Of a DNA stretch of 64,000 bases, positions 37,699-44,762 are shown piece after piece. This DNA is from an uncultured Eubacteriales bacterium. GTDB lineage: Bacteria; Acidobacteriota; Aminicenantia; Aminicenantales; Aminicenantaceae. The position numbers were made by a program, and so were the translations under genes. The notes beneath the pieces are model-generated. The model ran no database searches and was not told the DNA's origin. It was given only the letters and a program-made list of their open reading frames with translations. The DNA is taken from contig CAYPGQ010000006.1 in NCBI GenBank assembly GCA_964410125.1, positions 29,194 through 93,193 of the forward strand. The letters are read 5' to 3'. Position 1 is the first letter of the stretch; each line of letters starts with the position of its first letter.

Positions 37699-38124
37699 TT
37701 AATCACTGCCTTCCTTTTCCTTACGGAATTTCTCTTCCCACTCCCATTTTTCAACCGCAATATTGGCTTGCTCAACGTACCCATTCATATCTTTTTCAGA
37801 AATTACTTCATTCTTAAAGCCATGAAGGATAGTAAGATTTGTTTTCATTACTCCTCTTCGATATCTGGTAGCCCAACCCTTCTTTTCTAACTCGCGCCAG
37901 AGTGTGGAAACGTGCTGCTCGCTTTTATTCATAACCTTGCTAAGTTTTGCATTACTTGCCCACGTTATTCCTTCAAAATTTGCAATCCTTGCAGCTACGA
38001 CGTATAAAAAGCGGGCAGATACCCCAACATCCGTATCGTCGATTACCTCGTACGGAATTTGCGCGTTATTGGTTTTGAATCTGTTGACTAAAGCAAGCGG
38101 TTTATTAGAGCTGTATTTCTTCAC
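37699..38124 (-). CDS. winged-helix DNA-binding protein (replication-initiator/regulator-like)
   Basis: ARFLYVVAARIANFEGITWASNAKLSKVMNKSEQHVSTLWRELEKKGWATRY is a typical wHTH segment. It lies next to a palindrome-rich non-coding region. Confidence 0.55.
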   Translation of the reverse strand: MKKYSSNKPLALVNRFKTNNAQIPYEVIDDTDVGVSARFLYVVAARIANFEGITWASNAKLSKVMNKSEQHVSTLWRELEKKGWATRYRRGVMKTNLTILHGFKNEVISEKDMNGYVEQANIAVEKWEWEEKFRKEKEGSD

Positions 38125-38413
38125 GGACTAAACTCTCCTCTTCGATTAAAGTGGCTACGGCTTCCCTTCCCCGAGCAACCACTTCTGTTGTTCGCTCATT
38201 CTTTTTCCAGCGCGTCTTGAATCGAATGGCAACTATATCCCCATCCTCCAAACGAAAAGCATGATATCTTGCTTTCAATGCCTCATCCAGGTTATCGGGT
38301 GTACTTGCAATCGCAAAGCGTTGATTATTCTTACAATGGTCGTGAAGAAAATCAACAAGGCATAGAGTGTCCTGGAAGATGAAACTCTCCTTTTGGAAAT
38401 TAAATCTAACCAT
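38105..38413 (-). CDS. hypothetical protein
   Basis: The 102-aa ORF overlaps the wHTH gene start by 20 nt. Confidence 0.45.
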   Translation of the reverse strand: MVRFNFQKESFIFQDTLCLVDFLHDHCKNNQRFAIASTPDNLDEALKARYHAFRLEDGDIVAIRFKTRWKKNERTTEVVARGREAVATLIEEESLVREEIQL

Positions 38414-38761
38414 TTTTTTACTCCCTATTTATTTTATAATTTTTCCTCACTTGATTTTTTGATTATTGGTTGCCCCTTTCTATGTTATTGAATCGGTTAT
38501 ATTTGTATTATATGAAATTTTGCTTGGATCATCAAGGATTATTTTTAGCCGGTGGCTACTGGAAAGGGTAATTCCCTCAACCTATTTATATTCCACACCG
38601 ATCGTTCTTTGCGTATACGCGCGTAAAACCGGTGTATTTTACTGATAATATGGTAGGGATTGACAAATGTTAGGTTATTAAACAATTCCAATGACATGAT
38701 GAGATTTTTCAGATTTCAAAAAAACCTAACAAGTGAGGTTTTTAAGAACTGAATTCAGTAA

Positions 38762-40033
38762 TCAGTAAATAGGGGATGTATTTATTTGAAAATGTTTATT
38801 TCTAACTGTATCAATTCGCTTTTCTAAGATATCTTTTCCAATTTCTTTTATGCTCTCTTCGAAGATATGTTTAACTGCATTCGATAATGAATACCCCTTC
38901 CTCTGTAATATATATATAGCAGCAAAATTATCTAAAGAAAATCTTTGGAATAAATCTAATTTACCGTAAGCTTCAATATTTTCAATCTCATAAAATGGCA
39001 TATCTTGATAATCTAATAAGATATCTCTGGAAAACATTAAAAGCGATAATAAATTTTCCTTGGATGCTTTTTCATCGACAATTGGATTCTTATTATATTC
39101 TACATCTTCAACTCCAGCTGTTATTGCTCCAAGCCTACGGACAATACATCCATAACAAGTTCCATCATGTTTTCCAAAGCGCTGAGTAATACAAGAATAA
39201 GTCTTTTTAAATTCCCCCTTAAATTTTGAAAGAGCCATTACTTCAGCTTTAGTCATATTTTCGAAGGGAGTAATAATTTTAATCTTCTTCTTAAGTAATA
39301 ACTCAAGAACTTTATGCGAGATTTCGACAGTCACTGGATGGGTTGTCATCGTGACTTCATCATACGGCCCAAATCTTGGTTGATACATAGTGGGTCCACA
39401 TTCAGAAACAATAAGAGTATCAGAATTCAGCAAGCTCATCCATGCTCCAGCTGATATCATATATAGAAAGCCTCTTAATTGAGAATATCCTCCTTTAGTT
39501 AAAGATGGTACATAAATTGTCTTCAGCTTAATTCCAGTTAGAGATAAAAAATCCTTTAATAAAGAATTTACTATATGTATATTCCACGCTTGGTCTGAGT
39601 GAGCACAAAATATCCCCACAACATTATTGAAATATTCTTTAGCCCAAGTTATTCCACTAAAAGAATCTATGCCCCCAGAAAAAAGAACAGATATATACGG
39701 ACTCTCTGGTTTTTTATAATCGAACTTCTTTTTATTCAACTTCTTTTTTGATTGAATAAAATTAATATCTACATCTTTTAAAAGAATATAAGATATCAAC
39801 TCAGAAAGAATATTTTTTAATTCACTCTTGTGATTTTTTGTAAACCGCTCTATATGAAATTGACTAATTCTATCTCTTTTTGCTAATTTTTCTAATTCAA
39901 AAATACCATAAGCGATTGAGAGAATATCTCGAGATTTTATATATTCTTCATAGTTAAAAATTCGCATTTGAGGAGCTTGAGAAAGCCTAAGATGAAATTC
40001 ATGGATTTCATCAGAATCTGATTTTTTATTCAT
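38762..40033 (-). CDS. QueC-like PP-loop ATP pyrophosphatase with an unknown N-terminal domain of about 110 aa
   Basis: The PP-loop VLFSGGIDSFSGITWA matches QueC VVFSGGQDSTTCLFWA. RGFLYMISAGAW...LIVSEC, ITPFENMTKAEV and the C-terminal Cys cluster SCITQRFGKHDGTCYGCIVRRLG resemble the QueC zinc site. Confidence 0.8.
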   Translation of the reverse strand: MNKKSDSDEIHEFHLRLSQAPQMRIFNYEEYIKSRDILSIAYGIFELEKLAKRDRISQFHIERFTKNHKSELKNILSELISYILLKDVDINFIQSKKKLNKKKFDYKKPESPYISVLFSGGIDSFSGITWAKEYFNNVVGIFCAHSDQAWNIHIVNSLLKDFLSLTGIKLKTIYVPSLTKGGYSQLRGFLYMISAGAWMSLLNSDTLIVSECGPTMYQPRFGPYDEVTMTTHPVTVEISHKVLELLLKKKIKIITPFENMTKAEVMALSKFKGEFKKTYSCITQRFGKHDGTCYGCIVRRLGAITAGVEDVEYNKNPIVDEKASKENLLSLLMFSRDILLDYQDMPFYEIENIEAYGKLDLFQRFSLDNFAAIYILQRKGYSLSNAVKHIFEESIKEIGKDILEKRIDTVRNKHFQINTSPIY

Positions 40034-40302
40034 CGTCTGAAAGCTCTTAGTGCGGCACCTATAGAAGAATTAAAGGCTGTTCTGAGAAGAGTCTCATCTT
40101 CTAAATTTGAACCATGCTTTTGCATATAATATCGAGCAGCATGTTTTGCAATCCCATCAAAATTTCGTTTCAGAAGTGCGCTATCACCTTTCTGTAAGAG
40201 TGCAAAATAAGGTGAGTTTTCTTTGGATTTTATCATGGCATGACATTCTTCTCGAAATATTTCTTCTATTAAGAAAGAGCACTCCTCACAAGTAACACTC
40301 AT
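40030..40302 (-). CDS. hypothetical 90-aa protein (cassette gene 3)
   Basis: It has 4-nt ATGA overlaps with both neighbours and N-terminal cysteines (TCEEC...EEC). No family was recognised. Confidence 0.55.
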   Translation of the reverse strand: MSVTCEECSFLIEEIFREECHAMIKSKENSPYFALLQKGDSALLKRNFDGIAKHAARYYMQKHGSNLEDETLLRTAFNSSIGAALRAFRR

Positions 40303-40664
40303 TTTTTTATTCTCTTTAGAGCCCTACTCACTGCGTCTACAACTCCAATATCAATAACTCTATTGGATATTAGCCTTTCTTCCTCTTTTTTCTCGGCCCA
40401 ATCGACTCTTACTTTTCTGCTTATTTCTTTTATCACTCTGAGTTCCTGTGGAGGGTATTTATCTTTTATATCGGATAATAATTTCTTCGAAAAAAGATAT
40501 ATTTTAACTATATCTCGGTGTTCAGGTATTAATTTGACAGAACTTCGAGCAATGCCACCAATATCTCTTTCTTTCAAAGATTTTGTAAGCGCATCTCTTT
40601 TTTCTAGAGCTCTTTGACTTTCTCCCACAACTTCCCTAATTGAATATGCTCTGCGGCCACCCAT
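40299..40664 (-). CDS. hypothetical 121-aa basic protein starting Met-Gly-Gly (cassette gene 2)
   Basis: It has a TAATG overlap with the upstream gene and an ATGA overlap with the downstream gene. No family was recognised. Confidence 0.55.
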   Translation of the reverse strand: MGGRRAYSIREVVGESQRALEKRDALTKSLKERDIGGIARSSVKLIPEHRDIVKIYLFSKKLLSDIKDKYPPQELRVIKEISRKVRVDWAEKKEEERLISNRVIDIGVVDAVSRALKRIKK

Positions 40665-41203
40665 TATAATTTCTCCATTAAATTAATAAACTCATCTTTA
40701 TATTTTCTTTCAGCGCTATTAAGATGGGAATTAAAACATAACAGACATACAGAAAAAAGCACACAAATAAAAATAGGTATAAATTCTCCGGGAATTTTTA
40801 TAATTAGAATTTTTATTTTGCAATTATCTTCAATGAAATAATTAACTGTTCCTGATAAAAAAAATGAAATTGTTAATGCGAATATGAGTTTATATTTAAT
40901 CTTGTATAGAGATTCTATTTTACCTCTTTCCTTATCTAAACTAATAAATTTTCCTATTATATTCACATCCTGAACTTCTTGGAGAGTTTCCTCTTTTAAT
41001 AAGGCATTTAATGCTTTTAATTTCTTTATAGGAGAAGTTTGAGCTCTAAGCAGTGGTCTAATTTTTTCCCACTTAATATTGCGCTTCATACTAAAATCCC
41101 TTTCCGCCTCTACTGTGTCTTTATGCCAGCTTTTTATTTGCTCACTCCAACCTATCAACACCAATAAAAGAATTACCCCAGTGCCTATTAAAAATTCATC
41201 CAT
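40664..41203 (-). CDS. hypothetical 3-TM membrane protein (cassette gene 1; candidate effector)
   Basis: The TM segments are FLIGTGVILLLVLIGW, LIFALTISFFLSGTVNYF and FIPIFICVLFSVCLLCF, with a charged helical loop between TM1 and TM2. Confidence 0.6.
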   Translation of the reverse strand: MDEFLIGTGVILLLVLIGWSEQIKSWHKDTVEAERDFSMKRNIKWEKIRPLLRAQTSPIKKLKALNALLKEETLQEVQDVNIIGKFISLDKERGKIESLYKIKYKLIFALTISFFLSGTVNYFIEDNCKIKILIIKIPGEFIPIFICVLFSVCLLCFNSHLNSAERKYKDEFINLMEKL

Positions 41204-41407
41204 TCTTAATATAGAAACTCCGAATAAAAATATGTCAGATTACTATTTTTCATTTGTTTTCCCATCATCTTAAAGCTGTCATTTATAATAAAATAAAAAA
41301 TGTTTTTTTTCAAGAAAGATTCAAATTTAAACCTGCTACAATACCCATGGCTTTCTTGTATCGACTGGTCAAATAAGCTCAAGTAAGAATAAAATCTACA
41401 TGCCGAT

Positions 41408-41614
41408 TCATCCCGTATGGCATTCTCTGGAACAAAAAAAGCAACCATTCGACTGCTGGTAATGCTTTTTTGCTTCCTTTACGGCATCATGACAGGTATT
41501 AAAAGATCCAAGATAGAGCCTGTTTTCTTCAGAGGGGAGATAGTCGCAATCTTGCTTATGAACTTCATGGTCTCCATTCGTCTGAGCCTTTTTGTTGACA
41601 TAATAAGACGCCAT
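41408..41614 (-). CDS. small Cys/His-rich conserved hypothetical protein (68 aa)
   Basis: YYVNKKAQTNGDHEVHKQDCDYLPSEENRLYLGSF..CHDAVKEAKK.YQQSNGCFFCSRECH has four Cys plus His. I recall this pattern from widespread uncharacterised small proteins. Confidence 0.6.
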   Translation of the reverse strand: MASYYVNKKAQTNGDHEVHKQDCDYLPSEENRLYLGSFNTCHDAVKEAKKHYQQSNGCFFCSRECHTG

Positions 41615-41669
41615 AGCAAACCTCCTTTTTTTACTTATTCCACTATAAAATGTACTTCAGCAGCAACTC

Positions 41670-41738
41670 ATGTCAATAATTCTTGAAGAAATGTCACTTT
41701 ATTTCACATTATGTCACTTTATGTCATATGAAATGACA
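41670..41738. promoter_or_regulatory. operator-like ATGTCA repeats in a divergent promoter region
   Basis: ATGTCACTTTAT occurs twice (41691 and 41711). Further ATGTCA copies lie at 41670 and 41721, and TGTCAT/ATGACA form an inverted pair (41722-41738). Confidence 0.45.
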
Positions 41739-41935
41739 ACAAAACCGTCTGTTTATTCTATCTGATACCCTTAATCCTATTTACAACTGTCAAAACACAC
41801 TACAACACCCACGATTCTCCTCTCCCGTCTGGAGAGAGTTCCCATCTTTTGGTTCCCATCAATTACCCCTTAGATTCGATGGCAGCCGGTAACATATTCA
41901 TTTAGATTGTTGGCATAGCAATATAAAAATTAGTT

Positions 41936-41944
41936 TGATATAAT
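41936..41944 (+). promoter_or_regulatory. extended -10 promoter element (TGATATAAT)
   Basis: A TGnTATAAT match lies about 55 nt upstream of ATG 42000. Confidence 0.45.
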
Positions 41945-41999
41945 TTCATACAGAAATGAGGAGGGCGGTTGAGTTATTATCTTAATTTTGGAGGGTAAA

Positions 42000-42326
42000 A
42001 TGGGATGGGTACCAATTAAATGTTATCTTTGTGATAAAGATGCAGAACAATGGAATTATGATCCCCCTGATTTTATGGTGAGGTCTAAACTTTCTTCAGA
42101 TAAACCTTGTGAATGTGGATTTTATAAACTTATTAGCCATCTAATAAAATTTAGAATGGATGACAAGAAAAAATTGCTTACAAAAAACAAGACTCCTCTT
42201 ACAGAAGCACAAAAAAAGAGTCTCGCTGATTTTGTTAAAAAAAATCAAGATCCAACAGGCAAAAATCCAGTGACGATACATTTAGCCAAGTATGACAATC
42301 TTATCTTACGAAGTTTAGAGGATTAA
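42000..42326 (+). CDS. hypothetical Cys-containing protein (108 aa) upstream of the HEPN gene
   Basis: ATG 42000 follows a GGAGGG RBS. CYLC...CEC is a possible zinc-binding site, and the C-terminal half is K-rich. Confidence 0.55.
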   Translation: MGWVPIKCYLCDKDAEQWNYDPPDFMVRSKLSSDKPCECGFYKLISHLIKFRMDDKKKLLTKNKTPLTEAQKKSLADFVKKNQDPTGKNPVTIHLAKYDNLILRSLED

Positions 42327-42402
42327 ATGACCTTCTTCAGGAGTGGTCGCCTCACTAGATAGACGGATGAGGAGGAAGGGAATTCTCAGGAAAGGATAAA
42401 AA

Positions 42403-42930
42403 ATGAAAAGAAAAAAATTATTACTAAATGGAGAAACTTTTGATGAAGACTTGGCAAAAAAGTTTCATGATGAACTTAATGGAGAATCAATAAGGGCAGC
42501 TGTAATTTGTGGCTTTGCTTATATAGAGAGTCTGCTAAAAGAATTATTACAAAGAAAATTGGTTAAAGACAAAGAAACGTTTAAACGTATTGATATAATG
42601 GGACTCGAAAAAATATTAAGTCTGTGTTTTTGTTTAGGAATTATTAGCAAAGAAGAAAGGAGTGATTTAAAGATCTTAAGTAAGATAAGAAATGAATTTG
42701 CACATGATTGGGAAGTTAATAAATTTGAAAATATCACTATTGGAAACAAATTAGACAATCTATATATTGTTACTCATATAAAAATATGCAGAAACGAAAA
42801 ATCCTTTCCTATTTATAATTCAAAGGAGAAATATCTCTCAGCCATAAATGCATACTACTTAATATTCCATTGGAGACTTCTTCAGAATGGCAAAAGAATA
42901 AAAGCGCGCGAAAATTATTATGCTATATAA
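42403..42930 (+). CDS. HEPN-superfamily protein (MtlR/DUF4145-like)
   Basis: The R-x4-H motif occurs in LSKIRNEFAHDW. The helical N-terminal part ESIRAAVICGFAYIESLLKELL is typical of MtlR-like HEPN domains. Confidence 0.7.
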   Translation: MKRKKLLLNGETFDEDLAKKFHDELNGESIRAAVICGFAYIESLLKELLQRKLVKDKETFKRIDIMGLEKILSLCFCLGIISKEERSDLKILSKIRNEFAHDWEVNKFENITIGNKLDNLYIVTHIKICRNEKSFPIYNSKEKYLSAINAYYLIFHWRLLQNGKRIKARENYYAI

Positions 42931-43437
42931 GACACAATCGCGGATACACGGGCGAGAGAATAATCGCCATTTACCCAATATAGTCCCAAAAATGTCGAGA
43001 GACTGAAAATCTCTATCGACCATTACTCTAACAACTCTTTCAGCTCAGATAAATTCCTAATAATATTTGGATTGGTGTATCAAGTATTCTTTTTAGGAAT
43101 TCCTTTATCAACTGTTAAGCTAGAATTGTTTGAAGCTCTCTGAGCGTATTATGCACCCTAATCGATGAGTTAATAAAGTTCAAAAATTCGGGTACCCGAT
43201 AGAGTCGGGCGGCAAGGATGTTTTGAGCACGACTTTGTTTGAGAATAAAAGATCCGGACAAGCTCGGGAACAGAGGCTGGAGTGGAGGAGATTGGGAGTT
43301 AACGTGCGCAGTTCCGCAACCGCCGAGAAGGATGGTGAGTGAATGGCGTTAAAAATCGTCACTAAAGTGAAGGACATGTCTGATAGAGTATGGATACATA
43401 ATCAAAAAAGGTCCACGCAATATAAAAGAGAAGCTTT

Positions 43438-43467
43438 ATAAATAATCCAGGCTCCTGAATTATTTAT
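43438..43467. repeat. AT-rich palindromic (REP-like) hairpin at the pth 3' end
   Basis: ATAAATAATCCAGG and CCTGAATTATTTAT are inverted repeats matching at 13 of 14 positions. The hairpin overlaps the pth stop codon. The same motif occurs at 47982-48009. Confidence 0.6.
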
Positions 43468-44048
43468 AAAAAATGGGTGTTATTCACTTTGCGGTTGAAC
43501 CTGTTCATGGCCTCATCTACACCGCTCATCATAATCAGATCCACAGCTTTCTCAGCCGTAATCATGCTATCCTCCAGGACCGGGTTCTCTTCTTTCCGGA
43601 AATCACTAAGCACAAAATCTGTCGGATCAACACCTGGGGGCAAAGGCCCTATGCCGATTCGGATTCTCGGAAATTCAGTGGAGTCGATTTCCTGAACGAT
43701 CGAAGCCATCCCGTTATGTGTTCCCGGGCCACCCCTCTTCCTAATCCTAATCTCGCCCAGGGGAATGTCAAGATCATCATAGACCACTAGCAAACAACCC
43801 AAACTCACGCCGGCCCTTTCGATAAGCCCGTTGACGGCCACACCACTTCTGTTCATATAGGTCCAAGGTTTTACAAGAAGAGCGGGCCCGTTTGCCAGCT
43901 CCACTTGGGCAGCTTTCGCTGAATACTTCCGTTTCTTCAGTTTTATGTTGCGCTTATCCGCCAATCTTTGGATAAGGACGAATCCCGCATTATGACGGGA
44001 GGTCGCATACTTTTTCCCAGGATTTCCCAGCCCAACGATAACCCACAA
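43464..44048 (-). CDS. pth: peptidyl-tRNA hydrolase
   Basis: VGLGNPGKKYATSRHNAGF and GGPGTHNG motifs are present. Confidence 0.93.
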   Translation of the reverse strand: MWVIVGLGNPGKKYATSRHNAGFVLIQRLADKRNIKLKKRKYSAKAAQVELANGPALLVKPWTYMNRSGVAVNGLIERAGVSLGCLLVVYDDLDIPLGEIRIRKRGGPGTHNGMASIVQEIDSTEFPRIRIGIGPLPPGVDPTDFVLSDFRKEENPVLEDSMITAEKAVDLIMMSGVDEAMNRFNRKVNNTHFL

Positions 44049-44051
44049 ATA

Positions 44052-44750
44052 TCACTCCTTCTTTTCCTCTTTGGAGGTTTCCTTGTCTTTCTTCTCTTCC
44101 TCTTCTTTTTCCTTCTTGATGACTTCGGGTTGCTCTCCTTCGGCCATGACTTCCACTTCTTCCTCTTCCTCTTCTTCCTTCACTATTTCCTCTTCTTTGC
44201 TAGGAGCCTCGATCAAAACGACCAGGGTTTGAGGGTCGCTCATGTTTTCCACACCTTTTGGAAACATCATTTCCTCGATCTTGATGGATTGATGAAGATG
44301 GAGATCGCTAATGTCCACTTCGATGTACTCAGGAATATCTCCTGGAAAGCATTCAACCTCGACCTCTCGTGTGATCAACTCGACAAATCCTCCCTCGGTT
44401 TTAACACCTACCGCTTCTCCTACTACGACAATGGGCACAGACACCCTCACAGCTTTGTCCATGGCAATCAGAATCAAATCGATGTGAAGAATTTCATCGG
44501 TGACAGGATCCGTTTGGAATTCTTTGATCATCGTGTCTTTGTATTCCGAATCAAAAGATGTCTTAAATATCGTATTTTCTCCTGATTCAGATCTCAGGAT
44601 CCCGAAAACATCTTTTTTTTGTATCGCCAAGTGTGTGCTGGGTTCATCTCTACCATACAGCACAGCTGGCACTTTTCCCTCTCGCCTGAGCCGACGGGAT
44701 GCGTTTTTTCCAAAAACATCTCTTTTTTCACATTTGATCGTTAAGCTCAT
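44052..44750 (-). CDS. rplY: 50S ribosomal protein L25/Ctc with an E/K-rich C-terminal tail
   Basis: The N-terminus RDVFGKNASRRLRREGKVPAVLYG matches L25. A Ctc-type second domain follows, then an EEEEEE/KEEKK tail. Confidence 0.88.
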   Translation of the reverse strand: MSLTIKCEKRDVFGKNASRRLRREGKVPAVLYGRDEPSTHLAIQKKDVFGILRSESGENTIFKTSFDSEYKDTMIKEFQTDPVTDEILHIDLILIAMDKAVRVSVPIVVVGEAVGVKTEGGFVELITREVEVECFPGDIPEYIEVDISDLHLHQSIKIEEMMFPKGVENMSDPQTLVVLIEAPSKEEEIVKEEEEEEEVEVMAEGEQPEVIKKEKEEEEKKDKETSKEEKKE

Positions 44751-44762
44751 CGCTTCTCCTCC

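Larger units (their letters stand above)
26083..43190. mobile_element. integrated mobile element (serine-integrase island; prophage remnant or satellite-like), boundaries approximate
   Basis: The segment is A+T-rich and inserted between the rpsF promoter region and the pth 3' end. It encodes a large serine recombinase at its left edge, a ParB-like protein, an excisionase-like HTH protein, a tyrosine recombinase, a prohead-protease-like protein and a wHTH protein. Base composition shifts by eye at about 26.0 kb and about 43.19 kb. Confidence 0.75.

Noticed and set aside
41206-41448. An 80-aa minus-strand ORF lies between the Cys-rich gene and the cassette.
   Set aside because: It overlaps the 3' end of the 68-aa gene in another frame and has an implausible sequence. 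The region more likely holds the cassette promoter.
43180-43377. A 65-aa minus-strand ORF lies in the right flank of the island.
   Set aside because: It has no RBS and no motif, and it spans a compositional boundary. I treated the region as non-coding.
26050-43467. I considered that repeat copy A and the hairpin at the pth end are two halves of one repeat unit split by the island, with 47786-48010 as the intact paralog.
   Set aside because: Only the REP-like hairpin is shared on the right side. The ~95 nt between the element and the hairpin in the intact copy has no counterpart near 43.2-43.4 kb. The evidence is too weak to define the att sites.
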